In this document: one piece after another, positions 37,298 to 46,399 of the stretch
Numbering within the stretch: the first letter of the stretch is position 1
Layout: each line of letters starts with the position of its first letter
Source of the DNA: a virus
Lineage: Duplodnaviria; Heunggongvirae; Uroviricota; Caudoviricetes
Virus record (IMG/VR): IMGVR_UViG_3300023184_000028
Span: 118,551-182,550 of that record
Reading direction: 5' to 3' (one strand)
DNA length: 64,000 nt
Notes under the pieces: generated by a model
What the model was told of the DNA's origin: nothing
What the model saw: the letters and a program-made list of their open reading frames with translations, nothing else
The model's database searches: none
Translations under genes and position numbers: made by a program

Positions 37298-37835
37298 TAA
37301 GGAACTACATGATGATGTGGTGGCATATTGTAAACTCAATAACGTTGATGACGTTGAGAAGTTTAAGTCCGTATGTTTTGTTAAAGGATATAATGTTGAA
37401 AAATACGGATTATTCGGAGACGAAAGGGAGATAAATGTTATTGAACATGAAAAATCTGTTGAGGTAGTAAAAGAAGTAATAAAGGAAGTTCCGGTTGAAG
37501 TTATCCGAGAGGTGATTAAAGAAGTTCCGGTTGAAGTAATCAAAGAAGTTGAGAAAATTGTATATGATAACTCCAAGATTGAGGAGATTGAGAATAAATT
37601 TAAGGAAGAAAAAGAAGAGTTATTAACAAGAATTGAAAAAATGAGGATTGAAGGTACAGGACCTACAGACAAAGAAAAAATGTTATCCGATACACTGCAA
37701 ACTTTAAGAACACAAATAAACGAAAAAGATATAAAAATAAAAGGGTTGGAAGATAAGATAGCATATCTCAGTAATCTTATCCAAAATAAACTTGCGACCT
37801 ATCACCCTGGGTCAAACTTAAAAGATAAAATATGA
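37269..37835 (+). CDS. Coiled-coil protein with tandem 12-aa repeats (KEVPVEVIREVI/KEVPVEVIKEVE)
   Basis: 36-nt periodic repeat at ~37459-37554; C-terminal heptad-rich region. Confidence 0.55.
   Translation: MEKNYSLIINKELHDDVVAYCKLNNVDDVEKFKSVCFVKGYNVEKYGLFGDEREINVIEHEKSVEVVKEVIKEVPVEVIREVIKEVPVEVIKEVEKIVYDNSKIEEIENKFKEEKEELLTRIEKMRIEGTGPTDKEKMLSDTLQTLRTQINEKDIKIKGLEDKIAYLSNLIQNKLATYHPGSNLKDKI
37459..37554 (+). repeat. 36-nt periodic coding repeat (AA(A/G)GAAGTTCCGGTTGAAGT(T/A)ATC...)
   Basis: Encodes KEVPVEVI(R/K)EV(I/E) units. Confidence 0.6.
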
Positions 37836-38239
37836 CACAATTAGTAGTATGGATTTTAATGATTTATGGAGCATGTAACATTGGTGTATATGGTTCCATA
37901 TTAAACGGATTTAGAAACACAATTGAATCTTGGGGAAACAATCCAAAATTTCCACTTAATAAATTTTTCCATTTTGTTAGAGAAATGATGAGGTGTATGA
38001 TGTGTCTACCAACGTGGATTGGGTTCTTAATTGGAATTTTCTTATATTCTCCAATACATGAGTTATTAAATGTTAATTCGGGTATTTCTTGGTTCTTTGA
38101 TGGATGTCTTGCTTCAGGAACAACTTGGATTATCAATTCAATAGTAGAATGGTTTGAAGAAAATAGACCAAGAAATAATCATCAAACAGAAATTAAATTT
38201 CTTGAAGATGAATCAGTTAATGAAACTATATTAGATTAA
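37832..38239 (+). CDS. Membrane protein (135 aa, 3 TM)
   Basis: Hydrophobic helices; CMMC motif. Confidence 0.55.
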   Translation: MTQLVVWILMIYGACNIGVYGSILNGFRNTIESWGNNPKFPLNKFFHFVREMMRCMMCLPTWIGFLIGIFLYSPIHELLNVNSGISWFFDGCLASGTTWIINSIVEWFEENRPRNNHQTEIKFLEDESVNETILD

Positions 38240-38252
38240 AAAAAAACAAAAT

Positions 38253-38474
38253 ATGCCAAAATCAAAAAAAAGGGGTGGAGAAAAAGCCCACAGAAAAAGA
38301 GTTAAACTGAACACAGTTAACGCAAAAAAACAAGTTGCAAAGGCACAGAAGATGTTCCAAGATGCAATGATGGAACAAATTGAAGCTATGAAACAAGCAT
38401 CATCAGGAGAAACAGAAAACAAAGAAACCACAAATGAGCCAACTGGATTTGTTCAATCCGCCGAAAACCTTTAA
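38253..38474 (+). CDS. Small basic protein (73 aa, K/R-rich N-terminus)
   Basis: ORF. Confidence 0.4.
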   Translation: MPKSKKRGGEKAHRKRVKLNTVNAKKQVAKAQKMFQDAMMEQIEAMKQASSGETENKETTNEPTGFVQSAENL

Positions 38475-38484
38475 TTACCAAATT

Positions 38485-40818
38485 ATGACAAAAAAATTAG
38501 ACGTTCAGAAACTGGATAACCCCTACGTGCAAGTTATTTGGGAAGACACCCAAGAGAACTTCACACAGGAAAAAATCAAAAGTGTTAAACAATATTTCCA
38601 AAAGAAATATATGTCAACCAATGTTAATGTCATCACCAAGGCAAAGATGTCAGAGGAAGATGGTATGCAGACGGTAGATGTTTCACTTAACATCATGGAT
38701 AAGAATTATCAGGTGGAAATGGTTAAGAATTATCTTAACGCCAAGAAATATGATAATGTCGTTGACAGAATCATGGAGTTAGATAGAGCGGTTGAGAACA
38801 AAATAATTTCAGAGTCAGAGGAGGTAGCCACATTCCAAAAGTGGTATATCAAAAGGATTGAGTTTAGTAATTTCTTATCCTATGGTGAGAATCAAGTAAT
38901 TGATTTTGACAAGTGTAATGGTGTAGTTGTGGTTGAGTCAGACCCCCCTAATTTTGGTGGTAAGACAGTATTAACCGTGGACTTATTGATGTTCTTATTT
39001 TTTAACACGACAACAAAGACACAGAAAGCGGAAGAAATCTTTAATAGATTTACGGATAAAGATAAGGTGTCAGTTCGTGGGGAAATAACCATTGATGGGG
39101 AAGATTACATCATTGCCAGAACCATTGAGAGAAAGAAAGCCAAGTCAGGGGAATGGAATGTTAAAACCGATTTGGACTTCTTTAAGAAATTGGCGGATGG
39201 TCAATTACAGAATTTCACAGGGGAACAAAGAAGGGAAACCGAGAAGTTCATTAAGAACTCAATTGGGGAACAAGAGGATTTCTTAACCACCATTTTAACC
39301 ACCGCAACGAACCTTGAAGATTTGTTGGAATCAAAACCAACGGCAAGGGGTCAGGTGTTAACCAAGTTCTTGGGGTTGGAGTTCCTTAAAAAGAAAGAGG
39401 AAACAGGTAAAGAATTGTATTCTGAGTTCTCAAAGGGGATGTTATCAAATGTCTATAACACCGAAGCTCTAAAGCAACAAATTACGGATTCCGAATTGGA
39501 AATCCAAAGATTAGAGGGAGAGGTAGAAACGGCAAACAATAACATCACTGATGTATCAAATAGATTAACTACAGGACAAGAATACAAGGAGAACCTGTTG
39601 AAATCCAAACACACCGATATCCCACAAGAGTTAATCATCATGAATCCTAGCACCATTGAGTTGGAAATACAAGGGTTGGTTAATGATAATAGTAAGGTAA
39701 AGAAACAAATTGATGATGTTGATGTATCAGAACCAAAGGAGTATTATCACGAAGATAATCACGATGAGGTTAAAGATAAACTCATGAACACCAAGATTGA
39801 GAAAAACAGGGCTTGGGATAAGGTTGAGGATATATCTGATATGGTTAACAAGTATGGTGATGGTATGCAGTGTCAACATTGCGGTATTAAACTCATGGAG
39901 GCGGAACTAACCAAAAAGAAAGTTGCGGAACTAGATGAATGGAAAGAAAAACTCAACACATTAACGGATGATGTAGTTAAACTTGAGACCACAGAAAAGA
40001 AATTTATTGAGTTAAAAAATGATTTTGACAGGTATGAAAAAAACAAACTTGTTATGGGTAAGTTGGAGCTCACATTGGAATCAAATGATTTGAAGAGGTC
40101 AAAACTTGATGACAAACTACAAAGGTATTTTGAGGCTCAGGAGAAGATTAAAAAGAACAATGAGATTGATGAAAAAATTATCAAGGCGACACTTAGAATT
40201 GAACAACTTGAGATTGAAAAAAGAGCATATGAGAAAACCATAACCTCAAATAGCGTTACCATCGGTAATCTCAAAGATAAAATTGAAAAGAATAACGATT
40301 ATATCAAAAAGATTGCCGAAGAATTTGAAAGAGAAAAGGTTTATAAAATCTATGCTGAAATATTCGGTAAGAACGGAATATCAAAAATCATTATGAAAAC
40401 AATGATGCCGTTTATCAACTCCGAACTACAAAGATTGTTGATGGATAGTTGCTACTTCAGAATGGAAATTAGAATCTCAGATAAAAATGAGGTTGAGTTC
40501 TGGATGATTGATAACTCCACCGGTATTGAGAAACTGATGGTATCAGGTTCAGGGTATGAAAGAACGATAGCGTCACTTGCGCTCAGAGCGGTTCTTAGTA
40601 AGGTATGTTCATTACCAAAACCAAACATCATCGTAATGGATGAAGTGTTCGGAAAGATATCTAATGAGAACTTGGATATGGTTGGGGAATTTTTTATGAA
40701 GATTAAAGATTACTTTGAGAAAATATTTGTAATTTCGCATAATCCATTAATAAGTAACTGGGCGAACAGTGTGGTTAAAATTAACAAAATAGATAACATT
40801 AGTAGAGTAACACAATAA
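38485..40818 (+). CDS. sbcC: SbcC/Rad50-like ATPase (T4 gp46-like); start may be ATG 38434
   Basis: N-terminal P-loop-like PNFGGKTVL. Long central coiled coil. C-terminal MVSGSGYERTIASLAL (signature-like), IIVMDEVFG (Walker B), VISHN (H-loop). 38485 chosen to avoid a 41-nt overlap with the upstream small gene. Confidence 0.72.
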   Translation: MTKKLDVQKLDNPYVQVIWEDTQENFTQEKIKSVKQYFQKKYMSTNVNVITKAKMSEEDGMQTVDVSLNIMDKNYQVEMVKNYLNAKKYDNVVDRIMELDRAVENKIISESEEVATFQKWYIKRIEFSNFLSYGENQVIDFDKCNGVVVVESDPPNFGGKTVLTVDLLMFLFFNTTTKTQKAEEIFNRFTDKDKVSVRGEITIDGEDYIIARTIERKKAKSGEWNVKTDLDFFKKLADGQLQNFTGEQRRETEKFIKNSIGEQEDFLTTILTTATNLEDLLESKPTARGQVLTKFLGLEFLKKKEETGKELYSEFSKGMLSNVYNTEALKQQITDSELEIQRLEGEVETANNNITDVSNRLTTGQEYKENLLKSKHTDIPQELIIMNPSTIELEIQGLVNDNSKVKKQIDDVDVSEPKEYYHEDNHDEVKDKLMNTKIEKNRAWDKVEDISDMVNKYGDGMQCQHCGIKLMEAELTKKKVAELDEWKEKLNTLTDDVVKLETTEKKFIELKNDFDRYEKNKLVMGKLELTLESNDLKRSKLDDKLQRYFEAQEKIKKNNEIDEKIIKATLRIEQLEIEKRAYEKTITSNSVTIGNLKDKIEKNNDYIKKIAEEFEREKVYKIYAEIFGKNGISKIIMKTMMPFINSELQRLLMDSCYFRMEIRISDKNEVEFWMIDNSTGIEKLMVSGSGYERTIASLALRAVLSKVCSLPKPNIIVMDEVFGKISNENLDMVGEFFMKIKDYFEKIFVISHNPLISNWANSVVKINKIDNISRVTQ

Positions 40819-40828
40819 AAAATAAAAA

Positions 40829-41299
40829 ATGGGAACACTAAACAAAAATCAACTCATTAAGATTGAGGAAACTATGAATGATTTTAAATGTCTTTTAAAT
40901 AGGTATTTAGAATTAAAAAATGATGATGAAAAATTAAAATTATTTTTTACTAGAAATAGAAATCCTATTTGGGATATTACAAATACTAAGTTTTTTAAAA
41001 CTGGATTAAAATCGGAAAGAAGTCAAAATCTCCTAAATAAAGATTTAGTTGATGACCACTTTATACAAAGAAGCAAATCATTGAAATTTATTTTTTCGGA
41101 AATGGAAAAAAATATAGATATGGATTTAGACACATTCATTATTTTAGTTAAAAAATTGTGTTCAACTGTTAAATTAACAAAAGATGAACATAGTATTGTT
41201 ACTCAATTTGCTAAAAAAAATCCAACATATCTTAATTATGAAACTTATTTAGCTTGTAATATTAAAATTGATGGATTATCAGATTTTATTTTAAAATAA
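40829..41299 (+). CDS. Hypothetical protein (156 aa)
   Basis: ORF. Confidence 0.55.
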   Translation: MGTLNKNQLIKIEETMNDFKCLLNRYLELKNDDEKLKLFFTRNRNPIWDITNTKFFKTGLKSERSQNLLNKDLVDDHFIQRSKSLKFIFSEMEKNIDMDLDTFIILVKKLCSTVKLTKDEHSIVTQFAKKNPTYLNYETYLACNIKIDGLSDFILK

Positions 41300-41358
41300 T
41301 TTTAAAGTCTAAAATAATTTAATTATCTTCGTTCTTTAATTAACAAAAATAAAAAAAA

Positions 41359-41907
41359 ATGAAAAAATATTTCTTATTTGCATTTGGAGATTTTACAGAC
41401 ATTGCAAAATCTCAGTATATGGTTGATATTATTGCAGAAGTAACGTATTCAAAATTTTGTAAAAATAAAATTTCAAAACAAAGTATTATTATTAATTTCG
41501 CATATTCAGAAGATTTTGATAATCTATCAAAATATATTAAAAATAAAATATCCAATTTTGTTGATTACTACATTTTGACAGAACATACTGACAATATGTC
41601 ATTAATGTTACCTAACAATGAGTTGGAATATTTTTTGTCATTAGATGAAAATGATGATGAAAAAAACATAGATTTGATGATTGAAGAATATATTTTAGAT
41701 GAATTAACAATTAAAGGTGTTGATTTACTGAAAGAGTATATGTTATCGGAACAAATTGAAGAAGATGATGAGGATGAGGATATTTTAATTAAACAATCTG
41801 TAAAAAAAGAATATAATCTTGACGATATTTTGGACAAGATTAATGAAAAAGGAGTATCTTCGCTCACCAAAGAAGAAAATGAATACTTAAAAAACCTGTC
41901 AAAATAA
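41359..41907 (+). CDS. Acidic hypothetical protein (182 aa; EEDDEDED tract)
   Basis: ORF immediately upstream of the sigma factor gene. Confidence 0.55.
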   Translation: MKKYFLFAFGDFTDIAKSQYMVDIIAEVTYSKFCKNKISKQSIIINFAYSEDFDNLSKYIKNKISNFVDYYILTEHTDNMSLMLPNNELEYFLSLDENDDEKNIDLMIEEYILDELTIKGVDLLKEYMLSEQIEEDDEDEDILIKQSVKKEYNLDDILDKINEKGVSSLTKEENEYLKNLSK

Positions 41908-41908
41908 T

Positions 41909-42709
41909 ATGAAAGAAAAATCAGAAGGAATTCCTATAAATCAGGAAGAGATTTACTCGTATCTTAAAGATATCCGTAAAATTAAAGTGATGACCCCCGA
42001 AAGAGAGAGGGACTTGTCAAAGATGATGTCATCAGGAAGATTGGATGGAAACCAAAAAGTATCAATAGAGCAAGAACTCATTGAGGGTAATCTAAGGTTT
42101 GTAATCACAGTAGCAAAACAATATCAAAATCAAGGATTAGATTTAGCTGATTTAATCGCTGAAGGTAATTTTGGTTTAATTAAAGCAATCAAAAGTTTTG
42201 ATTGGAGTAAAAACTTAAGATTTATTTCTTATGCTGTGTGGTGGGTTAGACAATCTATCTTACAATCATTAAATGAACATGCGAGAACAATCCGACTTCC
42301 CGTAAATATTGTTCAGGAGTTACATAAAGAGAAGAAAGCGGTTGAAAAGGGGATTTCTGAATTATCTGATAAATTTGCCACATTACCGTCAATAATACAA
42401 ATTGATAACACAATTAATGAAGATGGAGATACTCTTATGGACGTGGTTGTTAATCCAAATGCGTTAATGCCTGATGAATCCTTTAATGGGAAAGATTTGT
42501 TAAAGGAAAAACTAATTGATGTGTTAGGTGTGTTGGATGATAGAGAACGAGTTATCATTGAGGATTATTTCGGATTAACGGGTAATACAAGAACATTGGA
42601 AGACATCGGAACCGACTTTGACTTAACTAAGGAGAGGGTAAGACAAATTAAAGAGAAGGCGTTACGAAAGTTACGGAACGAAGGGTCAGTACTATTTGAC
42701 TATATCTAA
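41909..42709 (+). CDS. Sigma-70 family RNA polymerase sigma factor (regions 2 and 4 present)
   Basis: DLIAEGNFGLIKAIKSFDWSKNLRFISYAVWWVRQSI (region 2.1-2.4). TLEDIGTDFDLTKERVRQIKEKALRKLR (region 4.2 HTH). Confidence 0.9.
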   Translation: MKEKSEGIPINQEEIYSYLKDIRKIKVMTPERERDLSKMMSSGRLDGNQKVSIEQELIEGNLRFVITVAKQYQNQGLDLADLIAEGNFGLIKAIKSFDWSKNLRFISYAVWWVRQSILQSLNEHARTIRLPVNIVQELHKEKKAVEKGISELSDKFATLPSIIQIDNTINEDGDTLMDVVVNPNALMPDESFNGKDLLKEKLIDVLGVLDDRERVIIEDYFGLTGNTRTLEDIGTDFDLTKERVRQIKEKALRKLRNEGSVLFDYI

Positions 42710-42716
42710 ATTACAT

Positions 42717-42750
42717 AAATGGACTATTTATAATAGTCCATTTATTTTTT
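42717..42750 (+). terminator. Rho-independent terminator after the sigma factor gene
   Basis: AAATGGACTA-tttataa-TAGTCCATTT (10-bp perfect stem) followed by ATTTTTT. Confidence 0.7.
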
Positions 42751-42785
42751 ACATGGATTTTTTAAGTTTATTAAAATAAATTATT

Positions 42786-43070
42786 ATGAAAAATTTTATT
42801 AAAAACAATTTTACAACAATTGTATTGGTAATCTCTTTATTGGCATTTTTAAAAAGTTGTAATGACACAAGAAAAATATCTGAAATCCAAAAAGAAATTA
42901 AAGCAATTAACGACTCAACGTACACTAAAACTGAATTAGGTATTCAGTTAAAAATCTCAGGGCTGGAAGCGGAAAAAAGAATGATTCAAGCTACAGATAG
43001 AAAAATGTTGGATGTACAAAGACAAACTCAGATTGAGGAAGAAATAAAACAATTAAAATCAGGTAAATAA
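42786..43070 (+). CDS. Small membrane/coiled-coil protein (94 aa, N-terminal TM)
   Basis: ORF after a strong terminator; may belong to a lysis cassette. Confidence 0.5.
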   Translation: MKNFIKNNFTTIVLVISLLAFLKSCNDTRKISEIQKEIKAINDSTYTKTELGIQLKISGLEAEKRMIQATDRKMLDVQRQTQIEEEIKQLKSGK

Positions 43071-43927
43071 TGAATTGGTTTCAAAGAAATTTTAAGACGA
43101 TTATTTATGTTTCGTTTTTAGTACCAATATTAACGGTTGCATTTGTATCAATATCTCACGTAACTAAATGGTATGGATTATCTAATCCTGTTAGTTGGGC
43201 GATATATCTTTCAGTTGGTATTGAGATTGCGGCGTTGTCGGCATTGGCGGCGATATCGGCAAAGATGGGAAAGAAAGTTTATTTCCCATTTGGCATCGTG
43301 ACGTTAATTCAATTTATAGGTAATATCTTTTTTGCTTATCAGTATATTGATATTAATAGTCAAACATTTAAAGATTGGGTGGATTTGGTAAATCCCCTCG
43401 TTAGTTTTTTAGGTGTTGACGCTGGTGATATGGTGGGACATAAAAGGTTCTTAGCGTTATTTGCAGGAGGTATGTTACCACTTATTTCTTTATCATTTTT
43501 ACATATGTTGGTAAAGTTTGAGGAAGAAGAAAAGAAAAAAGATATTGAAGTATTACCAGTTCCTGTTATTGATATTGATAAGTTAAGTATTCAGGCTGGA
43601 AAACAGGAAGCAGAAAATCAAGAGGACGTTAAATTACCTACACAAGAGGATTTAGATAAAATTCAAGAAGTTCTTGATAGAATCCATAAGGAAAAATATG
43701 GTGAAAATATAGAACCCTCAAGTACACCACAAAACGCATCTGAGATGATGATTACGACTGATGAAGATATTATCAATTCAATACCTCCTGACGATGAAAT
43801 ATCTGATTGGGATTCAACATTGATGGATGGTTTAGAAGAAGAAATTTCTGAACCAATTATAACTTTTGGTGATGCGGCAGAGAAACCAAGAATAAATAGA
43901 TTAACATATACAAAGGTAAATGGTTAA
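43070..43927 (+). CDS. Multi-TM membrane protein with acidic C-terminal tail (285 aa), holin-like candidate
   Basis: ~4 hydrophobic helices in the N-terminal half; directly upstream of the amidase gene. Confidence 0.55.
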   Translation: MNWFQRNFKTIIYVSFLVPILTVAFVSISHVTKWYGLSNPVSWAIYLSVGIEIAALSALAAISAKMGKKVYFPFGIVTLIQFIGNIFFAYQYIDINSQTFKDWVDLVNPLVSFLGVDAGDMVGHKRFLALFAGGMLPLISLSFLHMLVKFEEEEKKKDIEVLPVPVIDIDKLSIQAGKQEAENQEDVKLPTQEDLDKIQEVLDRIHKEKYGENIEPSSTPQNASEMMITTDEDIINSIPPDDEISDWDSTLMDGLEEEISEPIITFGDAAEKPRINRLTYTKVNG

Positions 43928-44525
43928 TATTATAGAAAATATTAATTTGAAGTGTGTCGGAAAACAAAAGAAGAAAAAACAAATAATTTTAACAAATACC
44001 GGAAGAAATATAAATGACTACATTGCTTCTTTAAAATACAGATACAACGGAAAATATGACAAAGTCCCTAACTTTATTATAAGTAGGGACGGTTTTGTTT
44101 ATAAAGGACTACCTGAGATAGGGTTCTCCAATTATTTTAAGAATCCAAATGTTAATAGGAATTCAATAATTATTTCTTTGGAAAATTTAGGTTGGCTGGA
44201 AAAAAGACCTTTGACAGACTATTACGTTAACTGGATTGATGATATTTATAAAGGAGAGATTTATGAAAAAAAGTGGAGGGATTATTTTTTTTGGCAACCA
44301 TATAGTGAAAAACAAATAGAAGTTTGTGCGGAACTATGTAAGTCACTAATGATTGATTACTCCATAGATAAAAAATGTGTTGGACATAATACTAAGATTG
44401 ATGGAATTGAAAGATATGAAGGAATTGTATCTAGAAGTAATTTTAATTCCAAATATACTGATTTAAGTCCGGCTTTTAACTTTGAAAAATTTTTAAAATA
44501 TATAGAAAATGAGCAACTCGTATGA
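43920..44525 (+). CDS. N-acetylmuramoyl-L-alanine amidase-type endolysin (amidase_2/PGRP, T7-lysozyme-like)
   Basis: NFIISRDGFVY (cf YHFIIKRDGTV). NVNRNSIIISLENLGW (cf YNHNSIGVCLVG). CVGHN later in the sequence. Confidence 0.55.
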   Translation: MVNIIENINLKCVGKQKKKKQIILTNTGRNINDYIASLKYRYNGKYDKVPNFIISRDGFVYKGLPEIGFSNYFKNPNVNRNSIIISLENLGWLEKRPLTDYYVNWIDDIYKGEIYEKKWRDYFFWQPYSEKQIEVCAELCKSLMIDYSIDKKCVGHNTKIDGIERYEGIVSRSNFNSKYTDLSPAFNFEKFLKYIENEQLV

Positions 44526-45093
44526 TGAAATAAAAAAACTTTTAAATGCATCTAATAAAATGTTAAATCGTAATATCAACGAAGATATTAAGAAAAAATA
44601 TGGTATTTTAAAAGAACAAGATGATATTAACAATAAGATTAACCCAATAAAGGATACTGAAGAGGCGATTGAAGATGAAAAAAATCCTACTAAAGATAAA
44701 CAACAAGGATATAGAATATCGGGTGGAGTCATGACTTTACATGGTAAGGATAATAGTGAATTGGAATTAACCACAGATGAAAAGGTTGCCTTCCAAGAAA
44801 CTATGGATGAATTTATTGAGCAGGTTTCTGATTTGGTTGATTTCCAATCATTAAATGTATATCAGAATGATGTTGAATGGGGAGGGAAAATAATTGATTT
44901 TGATATTGAATTTTATTTTGCAATAGGTGAAAATAATGGTATTTATATCAATGGGGATATGGTTAAAGTTGATGAAAACTTTTTAGACATGATTACAAAA
45001 TTACGTACATATTATGAAAAATTTAAATCAAAGTGGGCTAAAGTATTAGCTAGTCGTAAAAAAACAACACCAAATATTAAAAATGAAGGGTAA
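44509..45093 (+). CDS. Hypothetical protein (194 aa)
   Basis: ORF. Confidence 0.55.
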   Translation: MSNSYDEIKKLLNASNKMLNRNINEDIKKKYGILKEQDDINNKINPIKDTEEAIEDEKNPTKDKQQGYRISGGVMTLHGKDNSELELTTDEKVAFQETMDEFIEQVSDLVDFQSLNVYQNDVEWGGKIIDFDIEFYFAIGENNGIYINGDMVKVDENFLDMITKLRTYYEKFKSKWAKVLASRKKTTPNIKNEG

Positions 45094-45706
45094 TTTTCAA
45101 AATATATTAATCATTCTTTTAGTAGTTGTAATATTACTAATGAAGATGTGTTCACCTGCAGGTAAATCTAAACCGGGAGAAATTATAAAGGTTGATGGAA
45201 AAAAATATGAGGTTATCAAAAGAATAACGGATACTCAATATATTCCGCATATAGAAAAAATTTATAGGCCTGGTGAAACAATAATAAAAGATACTACAAT
45301 TTATGTTTCAGTACCTCAAAATGTTGATACTAATGTTATATTACAAGATTATTATAATAAATTGGTTTATTTTGATACGTTACATTTAAAAGATAGTTTA
45401 GGTTTTATTTCTATAATTGATACAATACAAAGAAATACTATATTAGGAAGAAATTGGTATGCCAAAGTTAATCAAAAAATTATTAAAGATAGTGTTATTG
45501 TTAAAGAATTACCAAGAGGTCAAGTATATGTTGGAGGTAATATAGGATATGATAAGAGTTATGGATTTAATTATGTTGGAGGAACTGTATTATATAAAGA
45601 TAAAAATGATAAGATGTATAGTTTAGGTGTTGGAACAAATAGTATTACTAAATCAGCAATGGCTCAAGTAGGTGTATACATAAAAATAAGAGTTAAAAAA
45701 GATTAA
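45083..45706 (+). CDS. Hypothetical protein with N-terminal TM/signal (207 aa)
   Basis: ORF. Confidence 0.55.
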   Translation: MKGNFQNILIILLVVVILLMKMCSPAGKSKPGEIIKVDGKKYEVIKRITDTQYIPHIEKIYRPGETIIKDTTIYVSVPQNVDTNVILQDYYNKLVYFDTLHLKDSLGFISIIDTIQRNTILGRNWYAKVNQKIIKDSVIVKELPRGQVYVGGNIGYDKSYGFNYVGGTVLYKDKNDKMYSLGVGTNSITKSAMAQVGVYIKIRVKKD

Positions 45707-45710
45707 AATT

Positions 45711-46373
45711 ATGGGTGAATTTACAGATTCGTTAAAGAGTGAATTAGGGAAACAATTTTCCGCTAAAAATGCATTCCAAGGAGAAGGATTAGATGTATAT
45801 ACTAAACTTAAAAGTTCATTACCTGAGTCTAATGAATTAGACGAAAAATGGAGTGAAGAGTATAAAAAAAGTATTGATTGTAAAAACCCTAAAGGATTTA
45901 GTCAGAGAGCTCATTGTCAAGGGAAGAAGAAAAAATCGGAAACCAAAGAAGCGACAGGAACTGGTGGTGCTAGTGGGGCATTTGAAGCACCCCTTGCATT
46001 TAAAAACAGTAAGTTCGTTGAAAGAAGTTTTGCCGAAACCCCAAAAAAAGTTGAAACCAAAGAAGCTACAGGCTCAGGTTCTTCAGGTTCTTATGAGACT
46101 CCAGCGGCATGGGCTAAATCAACAAAAAAGAAAGATTGGAGAGGAAAGTCAAAAACTCAAATACCCGGAGGTAAATTCGTGACAATAAAAAAGAAGTGTA
46201 AAAGTTTTCCATATTGTAATCAGGGAGACATTAATGCTCTTAAGATATATGAGAATGATGTGGTCAAGAGAGTTATTAAAAAAATAAGTTTAGAGCATAA
46301 TATCAATGAAAATGTTATTAAGGCAATAATTCAACATGAAATTGAAAATTATAAGAACAAAACGATTAATTAA
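45711..46373 (+). CDS. Hypothetical protein with internal duplicated ETKEATG..S..E.P.A segment (220 aa)
   Basis: ORF; duplicated 20-nt GAAACCAAAGAAGCxACAGG at ~45940 and ~46054. Confidence 0.55.
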   Translation: MGEFTDSLKSELGKQFSAKNAFQGEGLDVYTKLKSSLPESNELDEKWSEEYKKSIDCKNPKGFSQRAHCQGKKKKSETKEATGTGGASGAFEAPLAFKNSKFVERSFAETPKKVETKEATGSGSSGSYETPAAWAKSTKKKDWRGKSKTQIPGGKFVTIKKKCKSFPYCNQGDINALKIYENDVVKRVIKKISLEHNINENVIKAIIQHEIENYKNKTIN

Positions 46374-46399
46374 AATATTTATAAATTAAATAAGTTAAC

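Noticed and set aside
37280-37672. 130-aa minus-strand ORF
   Set aside because: It is antisense to the GAA/GTT/AAA-rich repeat protein gene, whose reverse complement lacks stop codons by composition. Its product is low-complexity S/T/I-rich.
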